From positions 1 through 57,019 of the forward strand of contig JAFGXO010000011.1 of assembly GCA_016936595.1 (NCBI GenBank): a DNA stretch of 57,019 nt, written 5' to 3'. A program made the translations under genes and the position numbers. The notes beneath the pieces are model-generated. The model did not search any database and had not been told where the DNA came from. It saw nothing but the letters and a program-made list of their open reading frames with translations. Origin of the DNA: Bacteroidales bacterium. Lineage in GTDB: Bacteria; Bacteroidota; Bacteroidia; Bacteroidales; JAFGUD01. This document shows, piece by piece, positions 8,914 to 19,050 of the stretch; position 1 is the stretch's first letter; every line of letters begins with the position of its first letter.

Positions 8914-11544
8914 TTATCCTTTTAAATTAGCTATTTGTTCTTCGAGAGCTTTTATTTTATTTTCTGCATCGGTTTGCTTTTGTTTTTCAATTTCAACAAC
9001 TTTTGGAGGAGCGTTATTAACAAAACGTTCGTTGCTGAGTTTTTTCATTACACCTGTTAAAAATCCGCGATTATATTCCAATTCTTTTTGAAGTTTTTCA
9101 ATTTCTTCTTCAATATTAATATTGTCTGCCAAAGGAATGTAGTATTCAACGTTTTTAACAATAAATGAAACTGCTCCTTGAATTTTTTCATCTGTATATT
9201 CAATTGTTTCAAGATTGCAGTTTTTTATAATTATCTCATCAAAATAATTATCATAATCGCCTTCAATTAAGTTGAATGAAAGTTTAATAGCTTCAGAGAA
9301 TTTTATTTGTTTTTCAAGTCTGATTTTGCGAACATTAGAAATAATAGACTTAACATTTTCAAATTTATAGATTAATTCGTCGTTGTATTTTTTTGCTTTT
9401 GGCATTTCGGCAAAAACTATTGTTTCACTATTTTTACGCACGTATAAATTTTGCCATATTTCTTCGGTAACAAAAGGCATAAACGGGTGTAGGATACGCA
9501 ATAAACTATCAAAAATTGTTTTTGTATCTTCAAAAGTTTTTGTGTCCATAGGTTTTCCGTAGGCAGGTTTAACTGTTTCAAGATACCATGAAGCAAAATC
9601 GTCCCAGAATAATTTATAAATTGTCATTAAAGCTTCTGAAAGTCTGTATGTTTGGTATTGTTGTTCTATTTCTTCAATAGCTTTGTTTAATTTTGCATTA
9701 AACCAGTCGATAGCAACTTTGCTTGAAGCAGGTTGTTCAACATTTTCAACATTCCAAGAAGTAACTAAACGAGCGGCATTCCAAACTTTATTGGCAAAAT
9801 TTCTACCTTGTTCGGGCAACTCGTCTTTGTAAAGCAAATCACCGCCGGCAGGTGAGCAAAGCAGCATTCCAACACGAACACCGTCGGCACCATATTTTGC
9901 AATTAAATCAAGCGGATCGGGTGAATTACCTAATTGTTTAGACATTTTACGACGTTGGTCATCGCGAACCATTCCGGTGAAATAAACATCTTTAAAAGGG
10001 AATTGATTTTTGTATTCGTATCCGCTCATTACCATTCTTGCAACCCAAAAGAAAATAATATCGTGTCCGGTAGCAAGTACATTTGTTGGATAATAATAAT
10101 TAATATCTGCATTGTCTGGTTCATTTATTCCGTTAAAAACCGAAATTGGCCATAACCACGACGAAAACCAAGTATCAAGTACGTCTTCTTCTTGTTTTAA
10201 GTCATTTATTGTAAGAGAATTATTCTTAGTTTTTTGGATCGCTAATTCAAGGGCTTCTTGGGTATTGGCAGCTACCACAAAATCGTTTGAATCTTTAATA
10301 TAGTATGCCGGAATTTGGTGTCCCCACCATAATTGACGAGAAATATTCCAATCTCTAACATTTTCCATCCAGTGTTTGTATGTATTTTTAAACATTTCAG
10401 GAAAAAAACGAATGTTGTCGTTAATTACGTTTTCTAAAGCAGGTTTGGCTAACTCTTCCATTTTTAAGAACCATTGCATTGAAATTTTAGGTTCAACAGG
10501 AACATTAGTACGTTGAGAATAACCAACTTTGTGCATGTAGTCTTCGGTTTTTTCATGCAATCCGGCAGCTATTATGTCTTTCATTATTAGTTTTCGGGCT
10601 TCAACAAGTGTTTTGCCAATATAAAATTCAGCTTTTTCGTTCAGAGTTCCGTCGTTGTTAAAAATATCAATTACTTCAAGATTATGCTTTATACCTATTT
10701 CGTAGTCATTCGGGTCGTGAGCAGGAGTAATTTTTAAACAACCTGTTCCAAATTCCATATCAACATATTCGTCGGTAATAATAGGCACTTTGCGATTAAT
10801 AATTGGAACAATAACTTTTTTGCCGTGAAGATGTTTAAATCTTTCGTCGTTCGGATTAACGCATATTGCAGTATCGGCAAGAATGGTTTCGGGACGTGTA
10901 GTAGCAATCACAACAAAATCGTCGCTATCGGTTAATTTATAACGAACATGATAAAGGTGTCCGGGAGTTTCTTTGTATTCCACTTCTTCGTCTGAAACGG
11001 CAGTTTTAGCTTCGGAGTCCCAATTTATCATACGTATTCCGCGATAAATAAGACCTTTATTGTATAAATCAATAAAAACTTTGATAACGCTTTGATATAA
11101 ATCATCGTCAAGAGTGAACTTAGTTCTGTCCCAATCGCAAGAGGCACCAAGAGTACGAAGTTGTTTAAGAATAATACCGCCGTGTTCGTGTGTCCATTCC
11201 CAAGCGTGTTTCATAAACTCTTCGCGTCCAATATCAAATTTGCTAATACCCTGTTGTTTAAGTTTATTAACCACTTTAGCTTCGGTAGCAATAGAGGCGT
11301 GGTCGGTGCCCGGAATCCAACAAGCGTTTTTCCCTTGCATTCTGGCTCTGCGAATAAGTACATCTTGAATTGTATTGTTCAAGATGTGTCCCATGTGTAA
11401 AACTCCGGTAACGTTTGGCGGAGGAATTACTATTGTGTACGGTTCTTTTTCGTTTGGTTCTGAATGGAAAAATTTGTTTTCAATCCAGAAGTTATACCAT
11501 TTTTGTTCAATCTCAGCTGTGTTAAAATTCTTCGGTAGCGACAT
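8914..11544 (-). CDS. valS: Valine--tRNA ligase
   Basis: PPPNVTGVLHMGH (HIGH), GTDHAS, ATTRPET, ISRQLWWGH, DVLDTWFSS, KMSKQ, C-terminal coiled-coil arm. Confidence 0.98.
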   Translation of the reverse strand: MSLPKNFNTAEIEQKWYNFWIENKFFHSEPNEKEPYTIVIPPPNVTGVLHMGHILNNTIQDVLIRRARMQGKNACWIPGTDHASIATEAKVVNKLKQQGISKFDIGREEFMKHAWEWTHEHGGIILKQLRTLGASCDWDRTKFTLDDDLYQSVIKVFIDLYNKGLIYRGIRMINWDSEAKTAVSDEEVEYKETPGHLYHVRYKLTDSDDFVVIATTRPETILADTAICVNPNDERFKHLHGKKVIVPIINRKVPIITDEYVDMEFGTGCLKITPAHDPNDYEIGIKHNLEVIDIFNNDGTLNEKAEFYIGKTLVEARKLIMKDIIAAGLHEKTEDYMHKVGYSQRTNVPVEPKISMQWFLKMEELAKPALENVINDNIRFFPEMFKNTYKHWMENVRDWNISRQLWWGHQIPAYYIKDSNDFVVAANTQEALELAIQKTKNNSLTINDLKQEEDVLDTWFSSWLWPISVFNGINEPDNADINYYYPTNVLATGHDIIFFWVARMVMSGYEYKNQFPFKDVYFTGMVRDDQRRKMSKQLGNSPDPLDLIAKYGADGVRVGMLLCSPAGGDLLYKDELPEQGRNFANKVWNAARLVTSWNVENVEQPASSKVAIDWFNAKLNKAIEEIEQQYQTYRLSEALMTIYKLFWDDFASWYLETVKPAYGKPMDTKTFEDTKTIFDSLLRILHPFMPFVTEEIWQNLYVRKNSETIVFAEMPKAKKYNDELIYKFENVKSIISNVRKIRLEKQIKFSEAIKLSFNLIEGDYDNYFDEIIIKNCNLETIEYTDEKIQGAVSFIVKNVEYYIPLADNINIEEEIEKLQKELEYNRGFLTGVMKKLSNERFVNNAPPKVVEIEKQKQTDAENKIKALEEQIANLKG

Positions 11545-11550
11545 TTTTTT

Positions 11551-11585
11551 TAATTGATAATTGTTAATTGTTAATTGTTAATTAA
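11551..11585. repeat. Tandem heptamer TAATTG(T/A), four copies plus a degenerate fifth, in the valS leader
   Basis: taattga taattgt taattgt taattgt taattaa, starting 6 bp upstream of the valS ATG. Confidence 0.85.
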
Positions 11586-11691
11586 AGCAAGAGTTAAGAA
11601 TGCTCAAAACCTTACAAAACGTGCAAAAATATAAAAATTGTTCTAAAAAGCAGATAAAATTAGTTTGAAAAAGTTAAGAGTTTAAAAAATA

Positions 11692-11808
11692 ATCAATATT
11701 CAATGTTTAATATCAATGTTCAATTTTAAAATGAATGTTGAATGTTCTGTATTGAAAATTGAATATTCTTTGAGTTGAAAATTCTGTATTGAAAATTGAA
11801 TATTCTTT
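11692..11808. repeat. Degenerate heptamer-based repeat block with an exact 27-bp direct repeat and an inverted arm
   Basis: TTCTGTATTGAAAATTGAATATTCTTT at 11745-11771 and 11782-11808; AATATTCAATGTTTAATA near 11695 is a 16/18 inverted match to it. Confidence 0.8.
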
Positions 11809-12799
11809 ACAAGTTTTCGAAATAATCAAAAGCGTCAATAATGTCTAAGTATGCTCCGTCAAAATTTTTGTCAATTATTTTTTTCATGTAAGAATTATCG
11901 TTTCCGAAAATAATATTTTGCCAGCCTGTTTCCCAATATTTAACTTTATAATTTCCTTTCCAAGAAGGGTTTTCATCTCCAAGCCAATCGGGTTCATCTT
12001 TATTCCACTCTAAATTCCAATAGTATCGGTAATCTTCGGCTTCTGCGATGCTTATATAACAAATAATTAGTCTTTTACCTCCGTTTTGTTTTGTTTTTAG
12101 TTCATTAATTTCATCGGCAGTAAATTCATCTTCATTATGAAATAAGTCCATAATAACAACATCATAATTTGTTAATTTAACAGCATCAATAAAATCTTTT
12201 TTTGTTGTAAAATCTTCTGTATTAATTAGATACAAGAAGTTTTTAGCCTGAGAAATATTTAAAATATCATCATTGTTTTGGTTGTATGGTTGGATAGGGT
12301 AATTTGGAATATTTGTTAAATTTCGTTCATTTGCAGCAAAAGAAATAAAGTTAAGAGAAAAATTTTGAGAATAAGAATCGTCCATATTTTGGGCAGAAGA
12401 ACAATAATCAATAACAAGAACTTTAATATTATTTTGTTCACAAATGTTTAATAATCCGAGCATGTGTGCTTTAGCGTCGTCGGGAGTTGGTTTGTCGTCG
12501 GCAGAATATCCGTAAAATAAATCTTCTCTTCCCACAGCATTAATGTTTTGAATGTAGTTTGTTTGAATTATTCCATCGGCATCACCGTTATCTGTAATAA
12601 TTTCCTGACCATTTTGAGGAACTATTATAAAATTTTGATTATAAGTGCGAGCGTAATCAGATAAATCAACTACAAAATCTCTCATTTCTTGTCTAAAATC
12701 AATTCCCGATAAATCTTCTTTATTACAAGAAAAAAGTACAAGTACCAATAGTCCGAAAAAAGTTGTTGTTAAAATTTGCAATAAAAATTTAGTTTTCAT
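11807..12799 (-). CDS. Lipoprotein, endo-alpha-1,4-polygalactosaminidase / TM1410-MJ1477 (GH114-like) family
   Basis: Lipobox LFSC, IVPQNG, GREDLFYGY, ICYISIAEAEDYRYYW, GNYKVKYW, FDGAYLDIIDAF. Confidence 0.82.
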   Translation of the reverse strand: MKTKFLLQILTTTFFGLLVLVLFSCNKEDLSGIDFRQEMRDFVVDLSDYARTYNQNFIIVPQNGQEIITDNGDADGIIQTNYIQNINAVGREDLFYGYSADDKPTPDDAKAHMLGLLNICEQNNIKVLVIDYCSSAQNMDDSYSQNFSLNFISFAANERNLTNIPNYPIQPYNQNNDDILNISQAKNFLYLINTEDFTTKKDFIDAVKLTNYDVVIMDLFHNEDEFTADEINELKTKQNGGKRLIICYISIAEAEDYRYYWNLEWNKDEPDWLGDENPSWKGNYKVKYWETGWQNIIFGNDNSYMKKIIDKNFDGAYLDIIDAFDYFENL

Positions 12800-12862
12800 T
12801 TTTAGAGTTTATTAAGTTATTAAGTATAAAACAAAGTTAGTAAATAATTTTATAAAAAGAAT

Positions 12863-12892
12863 AAAAAAATCCGCCTTGAAAAAAGACGGATT
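12863..12892 (-). terminator. Rho-independent terminator of the SPOR-domain gene
   Basis: Minus strand AATCCGTCTT-loop-AAGGCGGATT followed by a T-run. Confidence 0.65.
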
Positions 12893-12934
12893 GGCATTAT
12901 TGAAAAATATATAAATTAAACTGTTTTTTAAAAA

Positions 12935-14008
12935 CTAGTATTGATTTTGAACAGAAACAGGATCAATACCTTCGGCTTGTAAAGCAACTTTAATGTCAAC
13001 ATGTTGACCATTAATAAAAGCAATAATAAAAGCTTTGCTGCCGTTTTTCATTCTGCCCATGCTTTTTCTGTATGTGTGAGCGTCCCAATAAGAAGAAAAA
13101 GAACCGATGTAGTATTTATGCCAAAGGTGTCCTTGTTTGTCGTTTTCTTCAAAATGTTCAATAGTTTCGTTTGTCGAAAACACTCTGCTTTTGATAGTTG
13201 CATTAGAAAGAGGCGTTTTGCTGGCAGAAATTTGAACATGGTACACTAAATCAGGGTTGCCTTGTTGATTTTGAGCATCAGCAATTTTTTTGCGTAAGTC
13301 TTCAATTTTTTGTTCGGCTTGGGCAACATGAGCTCCATTAGGAAAGTTTTGAATATATTCTTCGTAAGCAGAAATACTGTCTTCCATAAGAGCATTTTGC
13401 CATGCTTCGTTATCGGCATTAACCATTGCTTGCTGTTTTTGAGCTTGATTTTCGTATAAAGTTAAAGCTTCAACAAGTTTTTCGATAGCTTCTTTTTCTT
13501 TTTGAGCTCCATTTTTTATGTTAGTGGCTAAATTTTGATATTTTATTGTTTTTTGAAGTTGTTTATCGGTATATCCTTTGTTATTTTGTAAAATTTGATG
13601 ACCATCGTCAAATAAACTTTTAGCCTGATCTATAAGGTTTTGGGCTGTGGCTTGGTCGTCTTGAAATTGAAAAACAATGCCGTCTAATTTTGCAGTATAT
13701 ACATCATATAATTTTTGATATCCACCATCAAAATAATTGTCGGCCGTAATTAAATTACGTTTGGCAGGAACAGTTTTTTTTTCGGCTTTATTTTGTTTCC
13801 TAGAATTCCCGCTAAAAAGGTCAGCATATTTTTGATAGTCGTTATCCGCAGCAGCAATCATACGGTCTCCTCTGTCAATGTCTTTTTTTGCATCTTCAAT
13901 AGCTTCTTTTTCAGTATCAGTTAAATCAGAGGTTGGTGCATAAAAATCCTGAGCTGAAAGTTGAAAGCTTATTAAAATTATAAACAAAGAGTAAATAAAC
14001 TTTTTCAT
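12935..14008 (-). CDS. Secreted helical/coiled-coil protein with C-terminal SPOR-like domain
   Basis: Signal peptide ending QLSA-Q, long helical region, YEEYIQNFPNG motif, YHVQISAS...KYYIGSF...AFIIAF SPOR-like tail. Confidence 0.7.
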   Translation of the reverse strand: MKKFIYSLFIILISFQLSAQDFYAPTSDLTDTEKEAIEDAKKDIDRGDRMIAAADNDYQKYADLFSGNSRKQNKAEKKTVPAKRNLITADNYFDGGYQKLYDVYTAKLDGIVFQFQDDQATAQNLIDQAKSLFDDGHQILQNNKGYTDKQLQKTIKYQNLATNIKNGAQKEKEAIEKLVEALTLYENQAQKQQAMVNADNEAWQNALMEDSISAYEEYIQNFPNGAHVAQAEQKIEDLRKKIADAQNQQGNPDLVYHVQISASKTPLSNATIKSRVFSTNETIEHFEENDKQGHLWHKYYIGSFSSYWDAHTYRKSMGRMKNGSKAFIIAFINGQHVDIKVALQAEGIDPVSVQNQY

Positions 14009-14234
14009 TTTATAAAATTTTAAATTAGTTACGTAATATTTTTTGAAAAATGTAAATAATACATTAATTAAAACACATTCTATGCCAATTTTATTGTGGC
14101 AAATAATTTATCATTATAAATAAAAAATATGATAGATTATATTATTGATAATGTTATCGGTATTTGAAAATTTGTTTTAAAAGCAAAAATAAGTTAATTT
14201 CGCAAAGTTCAAAAAAGAAACTAAAATAATTATT

Positions 14235-14576
14235 ATGAAACCTTTAATTGGAGCAAAATCTATTTCAAGATGGTTGTTACGACTGTTTCCTGCATTTTTT
14301 ATTTTTAATAATCATCTGGAAACTTTATTAAATTTTGATTTTTCAGATGTAATTTATTTAATAATTTTAGCTTTAGGTTTGTTTTCATTATTGCTAATAC
14401 TTGGGGGATTTTTCAGAAAACAGAGTTTAACAATAGTTTCCGGCTTAATTATTTCAATTCTAAGCCTAATAATGTTGTTTTTAAATTTTGAAAACACAAT
14501 TATAGTTAGTTTTTCGGTAATATTAATTTTGTTGGGCTTCTTTTTTGTAGCAAATGGAAATAATAAAAAACAGTAA
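14235..14576 (+). CDS. Small hypothetical membrane protein (about 4 TM)
   Basis: 113-aa ORF with four hydrophobic stretches and an A-rich start context. Confidence 0.7.
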   Translation: MKPLIGAKSISRWLLRLFPAFFIFNNHLETLLNFDFSDVIYLIILALGLFSLLLILGGFFRKQSLTIVSGLIISILSLIMLFLNFENTIIVSFSVILILLGFFFVANGNNKKQ

Positions 14577-14613
14577 TAAAAATAGTTCTAATTATAAGAT
14601 AAATTTAAAAAAA

Positions 14614-15360
14614 ATGAAATTATTAGAAAACAAAGTTGCTGTTATCACAGGAGCAGCAAGAGGTATAGGTTTAGCAATTGCTAAAAAATTTGCTGAAAAT
14701 TCTGCAAAAATTGTAATAACAGATATTGCATTTGCAGATGAAACCGAAAATTTTATTGAAGAGTATTCAAAAGTCGGAGGAGTTGTAAAATTCTACAAAT
14801 CAGATGTTTCAAGTTTTGAAGGTTCTTTAAAAGTTGTTGAAAATATTTTAGGTGATTTTGGCCAGATAGATATTTTAGTAAATAATGCAGGAATTACCAG
14901 AGATGCACTATTAATGCGAATGGACGAAAGTCAATGGGATTCGGTTTTGAGTGTGAATTTAAAATCGGTGTATAATATGACAAAGTCGGTTCTTAAAACC
15001 ATGATGAAGCAACGCAACGGCTCGATAATAAACATGAGCTCTGTAGTTGGGGTTAGCGGAAACGCCGGACAATCAAATTACTCTGCATCAAAAGCAGGAA
15101 TGATTGGATTTACAAAATCAATAGCTATCGAGTTGGGTAGTAGAAATATTAGAGCAAATGCTATTGCTCCGGGTTTTATTGAAACAAAAATGACCGAAAA
15201 ATTACCCGAAGATGCTAGAAATGAGTGGATAAAATCAATTCCACTTCGAAGAGGAGGACAGCCTGATGATGTTGCAAATGTTGCTTTATTTTTAGCTTCC
15301 GACTTATCGGCTTATGTTAGCGGACAAGTTATTAACGTTTGCGGAGGAATGAATACATAA
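14614..15360 (+). CDS. fabG: 3-oxoacyl-ACP reductase
   Basis: TGAARGIG, LVNNAGITRD, SSVVG, YSASK catalytic motif, IAPGFIET; start moved to MKLLENK at 14614. Confidence 0.93.
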   Translation: MKLLENKVAVITGAARGIGLAIAKKFAENSAKIVITDIAFADETENFIEEYSKVGGVVKFYKSDVSSFEGSLKVVENILGDFGQIDILVNNAGITRDALLMRMDESQWDSVLSVNLKSVYNMTKSVLKTMMKQRNGSIINMSSVVGVSGNAGQSNYSASKAGMIGFTKSIAIELGSRNIRANAIAPGFIETKMTEKLPEDARNEWIKSIPLRRGGQPDDVANVALFLASDLSAYVSGQVINVCGGMNT

Positions 15361-15456
15361 AATTTTATTTTAAAATACATTTTTATACAAAATTTAAGTT
15401 ACCTTTGTTCTGAAAATGAATAAAGGTACTTTTAAAAATACACAAAAATTATTATT

Positions 15457-16695
15457 ATGCCACTCTTTAACAGACGCAAAAAAGCAGATATGGCTTTATA
15501 CAACGCCGTTGAAAAAAGAACTGCCCCTATTATTTCAAAAAAAACAAAATCTATAGAAGTAAAAGGTAAAGTTAAAGCCAAATTACTAAATGTAAGAAAA
15601 ACACCCGATCTTAATGCAAAAGTTATTGGTCAGGTTAGTATCGGGCAAATTTTAGACGTTTTAAATCGTTTGGGAGAATGGTATCAGGTAATATATAAAA
15701 ATAATAAATCCGGTTATGTTTATGCAAAATATATAGAATTATTGCGAGAAGAAAAAAGCGGAATTGTTACTGCCGGAGTTTTAAATGTTAGGGAAAAACC
15801 TAATACAACTTCGCTCGTTTTAGGCAAATTGCATAAAAATGACGTAGTTAATGTATTACAAGAACTGCAAGAGTGGGTTAGAATTAAATACAATAATAAA
15901 GAGGCGTATGCTTATAAACAATTTATTAGTTTAAGCGATGTTCCTATTCAACCTAATCCGGTTGTTAACAGTACTACTTTTTTTTATCAAAGGAATGACC
16001 TTGCAAGTTTTCCTTTGGCTCCGAGCAACCCAATAACAGTACCTTCGGGCTATCACGAAGCTATTGCTGCTAAAACTTGGAATAATTACGGCGGATTAAT
16101 TAAAAAAATTAGTGATGAATTGCAAATTGATGTTGCAACAGGCTTATCTGTTTTGTGCGTTGAAAGCAGTGGTCAGGGGTTTAGCAACGATAAAATGATT
16201 ATCAGATTTGAAAATCACGTTTTAGACATGTTTTGGGGTAAAAATAATATAGATAAATTTGATGAACATTTTAAATACAATAAAAAATCCCGAAGAAATG
16301 ATCATTATTTTAGAGCCTCAAAAAATGATGATTGGGAAGTATGCCATACAAGTCAGGACATGGAATGGAAAGTTCTTAATTTTGCTATGACTTTAGATGA
16401 AACAAATGCCCTAAAATCAATAAGTATGGGAGCCCCTCAAGTTATGGGTTTTAATCATAAGTTTATCGGATATAGCACACCACAAGAAATGTTTACAATG
16501 TTTAATAAAGATATTCGGTTTCATCTTTTAGCCTTATTTGATTTTTGTAAATATAAACCCGAACGAATTAGATTCCTGCAAAGAAGAGATTTTTATCAGT
16601 TTTCTGTTGAGTATAACGGAACCGCAGCACCAGCTCAGTACGAAGAAAGATTGAAAAAATATTATAACATTTTTAGAAGTATTTTACCTTCTTAA
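15457..16695 (+). CDS. Two bacterial SH3 domains fused to an N-acetylmuramidase (DUF3380-like) domain
   Basis: LNVRKTP...WYQV...GYVYAKY and LNVREKP...WVRI...AYAYKQF SH3b repeats; VESSGQGF, IRFENH, SMGAPQVMGFNH and YNG motifs of DUF3380 muramidases; no signal peptide. Confidence 0.82.
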   Translation: MPLFNRRKKADMALYNAVEKRTAPIISKKTKSIEVKGKVKAKLLNVRKTPDLNAKVIGQVSIGQILDVLNRLGEWYQVIYKNNKSGYVYAKYIELLREEKSGIVTAGVLNVREKPNTTSLVLGKLHKNDVVNVLQELQEWVRIKYNNKEAYAYKQFISLSDVPIQPNPVVNSTTFFYQRNDLASFPLAPSNPITVPSGYHEAIAAKTWNNYGGLIKKISDELQIDVATGLSVLCVESSGQGFSNDKMIIRFENHVLDMFWGKNNIDKFDEHFKYNKKSRRNDHYFRASKNDDWEVCHTSQDMEWKVLNFAMTLDETNALKSISMGAPQVMGFNHKFIGYSTPQEMFTMFNKDIRFHLLALFDFCKYKPERIRFLQRRDFYQFSVEYNGTAAPAQYEERLKKYYNIFRSILPS

Positions 16696-16744
16696 TTTTA
16701 ATAATGTTAAAATTTTAATTCCCTGAATAATTGAGCCTTAGCTT

Positions 16745-18847
16745 ATGAATAATACTATTATTTTCGAATATTCCAAGTGGTTAATTCTATTGTGCATAGT
16801 CATTGCGTTTGGCTATGCTTTTTTACTTTATTTTAGAGATAAAAAATTTGCAGAATTAAAAAAATCAAAAGTTTATTTGCTTGCTGCGTTTCGTTTTTTA
16901 TCTTCGTTAATAATATCTCTGTTGCTTTTATCTCCTCTTTTAAAATCAATAGAAAGAACAGTTCAAAAACCTGTAGTTGTTTTTGCTGTTGATAATTCAG
17001 AATCGCTTTTTTTATCTTGCGATAATAAAGATGATGAATTTAATTTAATGCAAGAAAATTTGCAGAATGCCATAAATCAAGTTTCAAATACTTTCGACGT
17101 TGAAACTTTTAGCTTTGGAGCGTATCTTTCAGATACTTTGTTTTATGATTTTTCTAAAAAGCAAACAGATATTTCAAATGTAATAACCGAAATTAATAGT
17201 CGTTTTTACAATAAAAATATAGGAGCAGTAATACTTATAACAGATGGTATATACAACAAAGGCTCAAATCCATTATTTAATCTTAAAAATGTAATGTATC
17301 CAATTTATACCGTTGGAGTAGGAGACACAACAGTATATAAAGATTTGATTGTTCAAGATGTAGAATATAATGAAATAGCATTTTTAAATAATAGGTTTCC
17401 GTTGGTTGTTTCTGTTTTTTCAAAAAAATTAAACAATCAAAACGCTTCATGTAACGTATATCAAAATGGTAAATTGCTTGCAAGCCAGACATTTACAATA
17501 GGTTCTGATAATTTTTTGCAAAAATTAACCTTTGATATTGATGCAACCAAAGCAGGCGTGCAACAGTATTTGATTACTGTTACAAAAATTGCAGGTGAGC
17601 GAAATACTATAAATAATTCTAAAATTATAGCAATAAATGTTATTGAAAATAGACAAAAAATACTAATACTTGCAAATTCACCACACCCCGATGTTGCAGC
17701 AATTTTTAACTCACTAAAAACCAATGTGAATTTTGACATAGAAGTTGCAATGGCCAACAGGTTTACGGGAAATGTTACAGATTATTCGCTTGTTATTTTT
17801 TATCAATTACCTTCGTTAAAAAACAGTGTTAAAGATATTGTTAATCAGGTTATTGCAGCTGAATTGCCTATGTTTTTTGTTGTGGGAAGTCAAACTAATA
17901 ATGTTGAGTTAAATGATTTGAATTTAGGTTTAAATATAGCCCAATACAACAATTCTTACGATGATGTTAATGCTTATATTAACCCCAATTTTGTTGATTT
18001 TGAAGTTTCCGACAAATTAAGTTCTTTATTGCAATCATCTCCACCAATGATAGTTCCTTTTGGTAATTACACACTTTCGGGGCAAATGAAAGAAATATTG
18101 TTGCAAAAAGTTAAAAATATTAAAACAGCAAAGCCTTTAATAGTGTTCTCAAGCTCTGAAATTTCCACAAATTCTAATATTGGATTTATTATTGGCGAAA
18201 ATATATGGCGAACCAGAATGCATTGTTTTACTCAATTTGGCGATTTTGAAGTTTTTGATGAATTTTTTAATCAGATAATTCAAGCCTTGGTTTTAAAAAC
18301 AGATAAAAACCGATTTACAGTAAAAGTTGATAAAATTATACCTGAAAATCAAGACGTTTTGTTTAAAGCCGAGGTTTACGACAAAATTTATCAACTTACA
18401 AATTCAGCCAACGTAAGCTTGTCTTTTACAGACTCTTTAGGAAATATACTCGAGTACGATTTTAAGAAAACACAAAGCTCTTATGTGCTTAATATTGGAG
18501 TTTTGCCACAAGGTAAATACACTTATTTTGCTTCAACCGAAGTAGCCGGTGAAAAATTAACTACCTCAGGTTCTTTTGTGGTTGTAAATTCAGATATTGA
18601 AGCATTAAATTTGGTTGCTGATCATAATTTGCTCTATAAAATTTCCGAAAATACAGGAGGAAGGTTTTTATATCCCCACAATTTAGACAGCCTACATACA
18701 TTTTTACAGACCAATCCAAATATAATATCTGTTTCTTATGAAAAACAAGAATTAGATGAATTTGTTAAGTTTAAATGGATTTTCTTTTTGATAATTTCCT
18801 TACTTAGTTTGGAATGGTTTTTACGAAAATTTTGGGGATCATATTAA
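16745..18847 (+). CDS. Membrane-anchored VWA-domain protein (conserved Bacteroidota type)
   Basis: Two N-terminal TMs, VDNSES MIDAS-like motif, TDIS, LITDG, PIYTVGVGD, C-terminal TM with LEWFLRK. Confidence 0.8.
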   Translation: MNNTIIFEYSKWLILLCIVIAFGYAFLLYFRDKKFAELKKSKVYLLAAFRFLSSLIISLLLLSPLLKSIERTVQKPVVVFAVDNSESLFLSCDNKDDEFNLMQENLQNAINQVSNTFDVETFSFGAYLSDTLFYDFSKKQTDISNVITEINSRFYNKNIGAVILITDGIYNKGSNPLFNLKNVMYPIYTVGVGDTTVYKDLIVQDVEYNEIAFLNNRFPLVVSVFSKKLNNQNASCNVYQNGKLLASQTFTIGSDNFLQKLTFDIDATKAGVQQYLITVTKIAGERNTINNSKIIAINVIENRQKILILANSPHPDVAAIFNSLKTNVNFDIEVAMANRFTGNVTDYSLVIFYQLPSLKNSVKDIVNQVIAAELPMFFVVGSQTNNVELNDLNLGLNIAQYNNSYDDVNAYINPNFVDFEVSDKLSSLLQSSPPMIVPFGNYTLSGQMKEILLQKVKNIKTAKPLIVFSSSEISTNSNIGFIIGENIWRTRMHCFTQFGDFEVFDEFFNQIIQALVLKTDKNRFTVKVDKIIPENQDVLFKAEVYDKIYQLTNSANVSLSFTDSLGNILEYDFKKTQSSYVLNIGVLPQGKYTYFASTEVAGEKLTTSGSFVVVNSDIEALNLVADHNLLYKISENTGGRFLYPHNLDSLHTFLQTNPNIISVSYEKQELDEFVKFKWIFFLIISLLSLEWFLRKFWGSY

Positions 18848-18874
18848 AAAAACCGCCTGTTATGAAGCAGGCGG
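18846..18874 (-). terminator. Rho-independent terminator oriented for a minus-strand transcript
   Basis: CCGCCTG/CAGGCGG stem (18853-18859 / 18868-18874) with the T7 tail on the minus strand only. Confidence 0.7.
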
Positions 18875-19050
18875 AAAAACTCGATTATTATAGTTGTAAT
18901 CGCTAAAAAACAACTATATAAAAAATTTTAATAAAAATAAAAAGTGTTATGTGTGCTAAAAAAACCTTTTAAAATTTGTGTAATTTCAAAGTTTTTTGTT
19001 CATAGCCGGCCTGTAAAAATCCTCTATCATGAAAAAATAGTTATTTATTA
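18846..19050 (-). ncRNA. Candidate small RNA or small-ORF transcript
   Basis: Minus-strand TAATTTTG box at 19055-19062, internal hairpin TATAGTTGT/ACAACTATA at 18889-18918, minus-strand terminator, no long ORF. Confidence 0.35.

Noticed and set aside
9933-9950. ValRS KMSKQ instead of KMSKS
   Set aside because: A variant I recall as common in Bacteroidota ValRS; the rest of the enzyme is canonical
11745-11808. 27-bp direct repeat as a mini-CRISPR
   Set aside because: Only two copies, a 10-bp spacer, low complexity and no cas genes
14235-14576. Small 4-TM protein as a holin for the muramidase
   Set aside because: Separated from it by fabG and apparently co-transcribed with fabG; no holin-specific evidence
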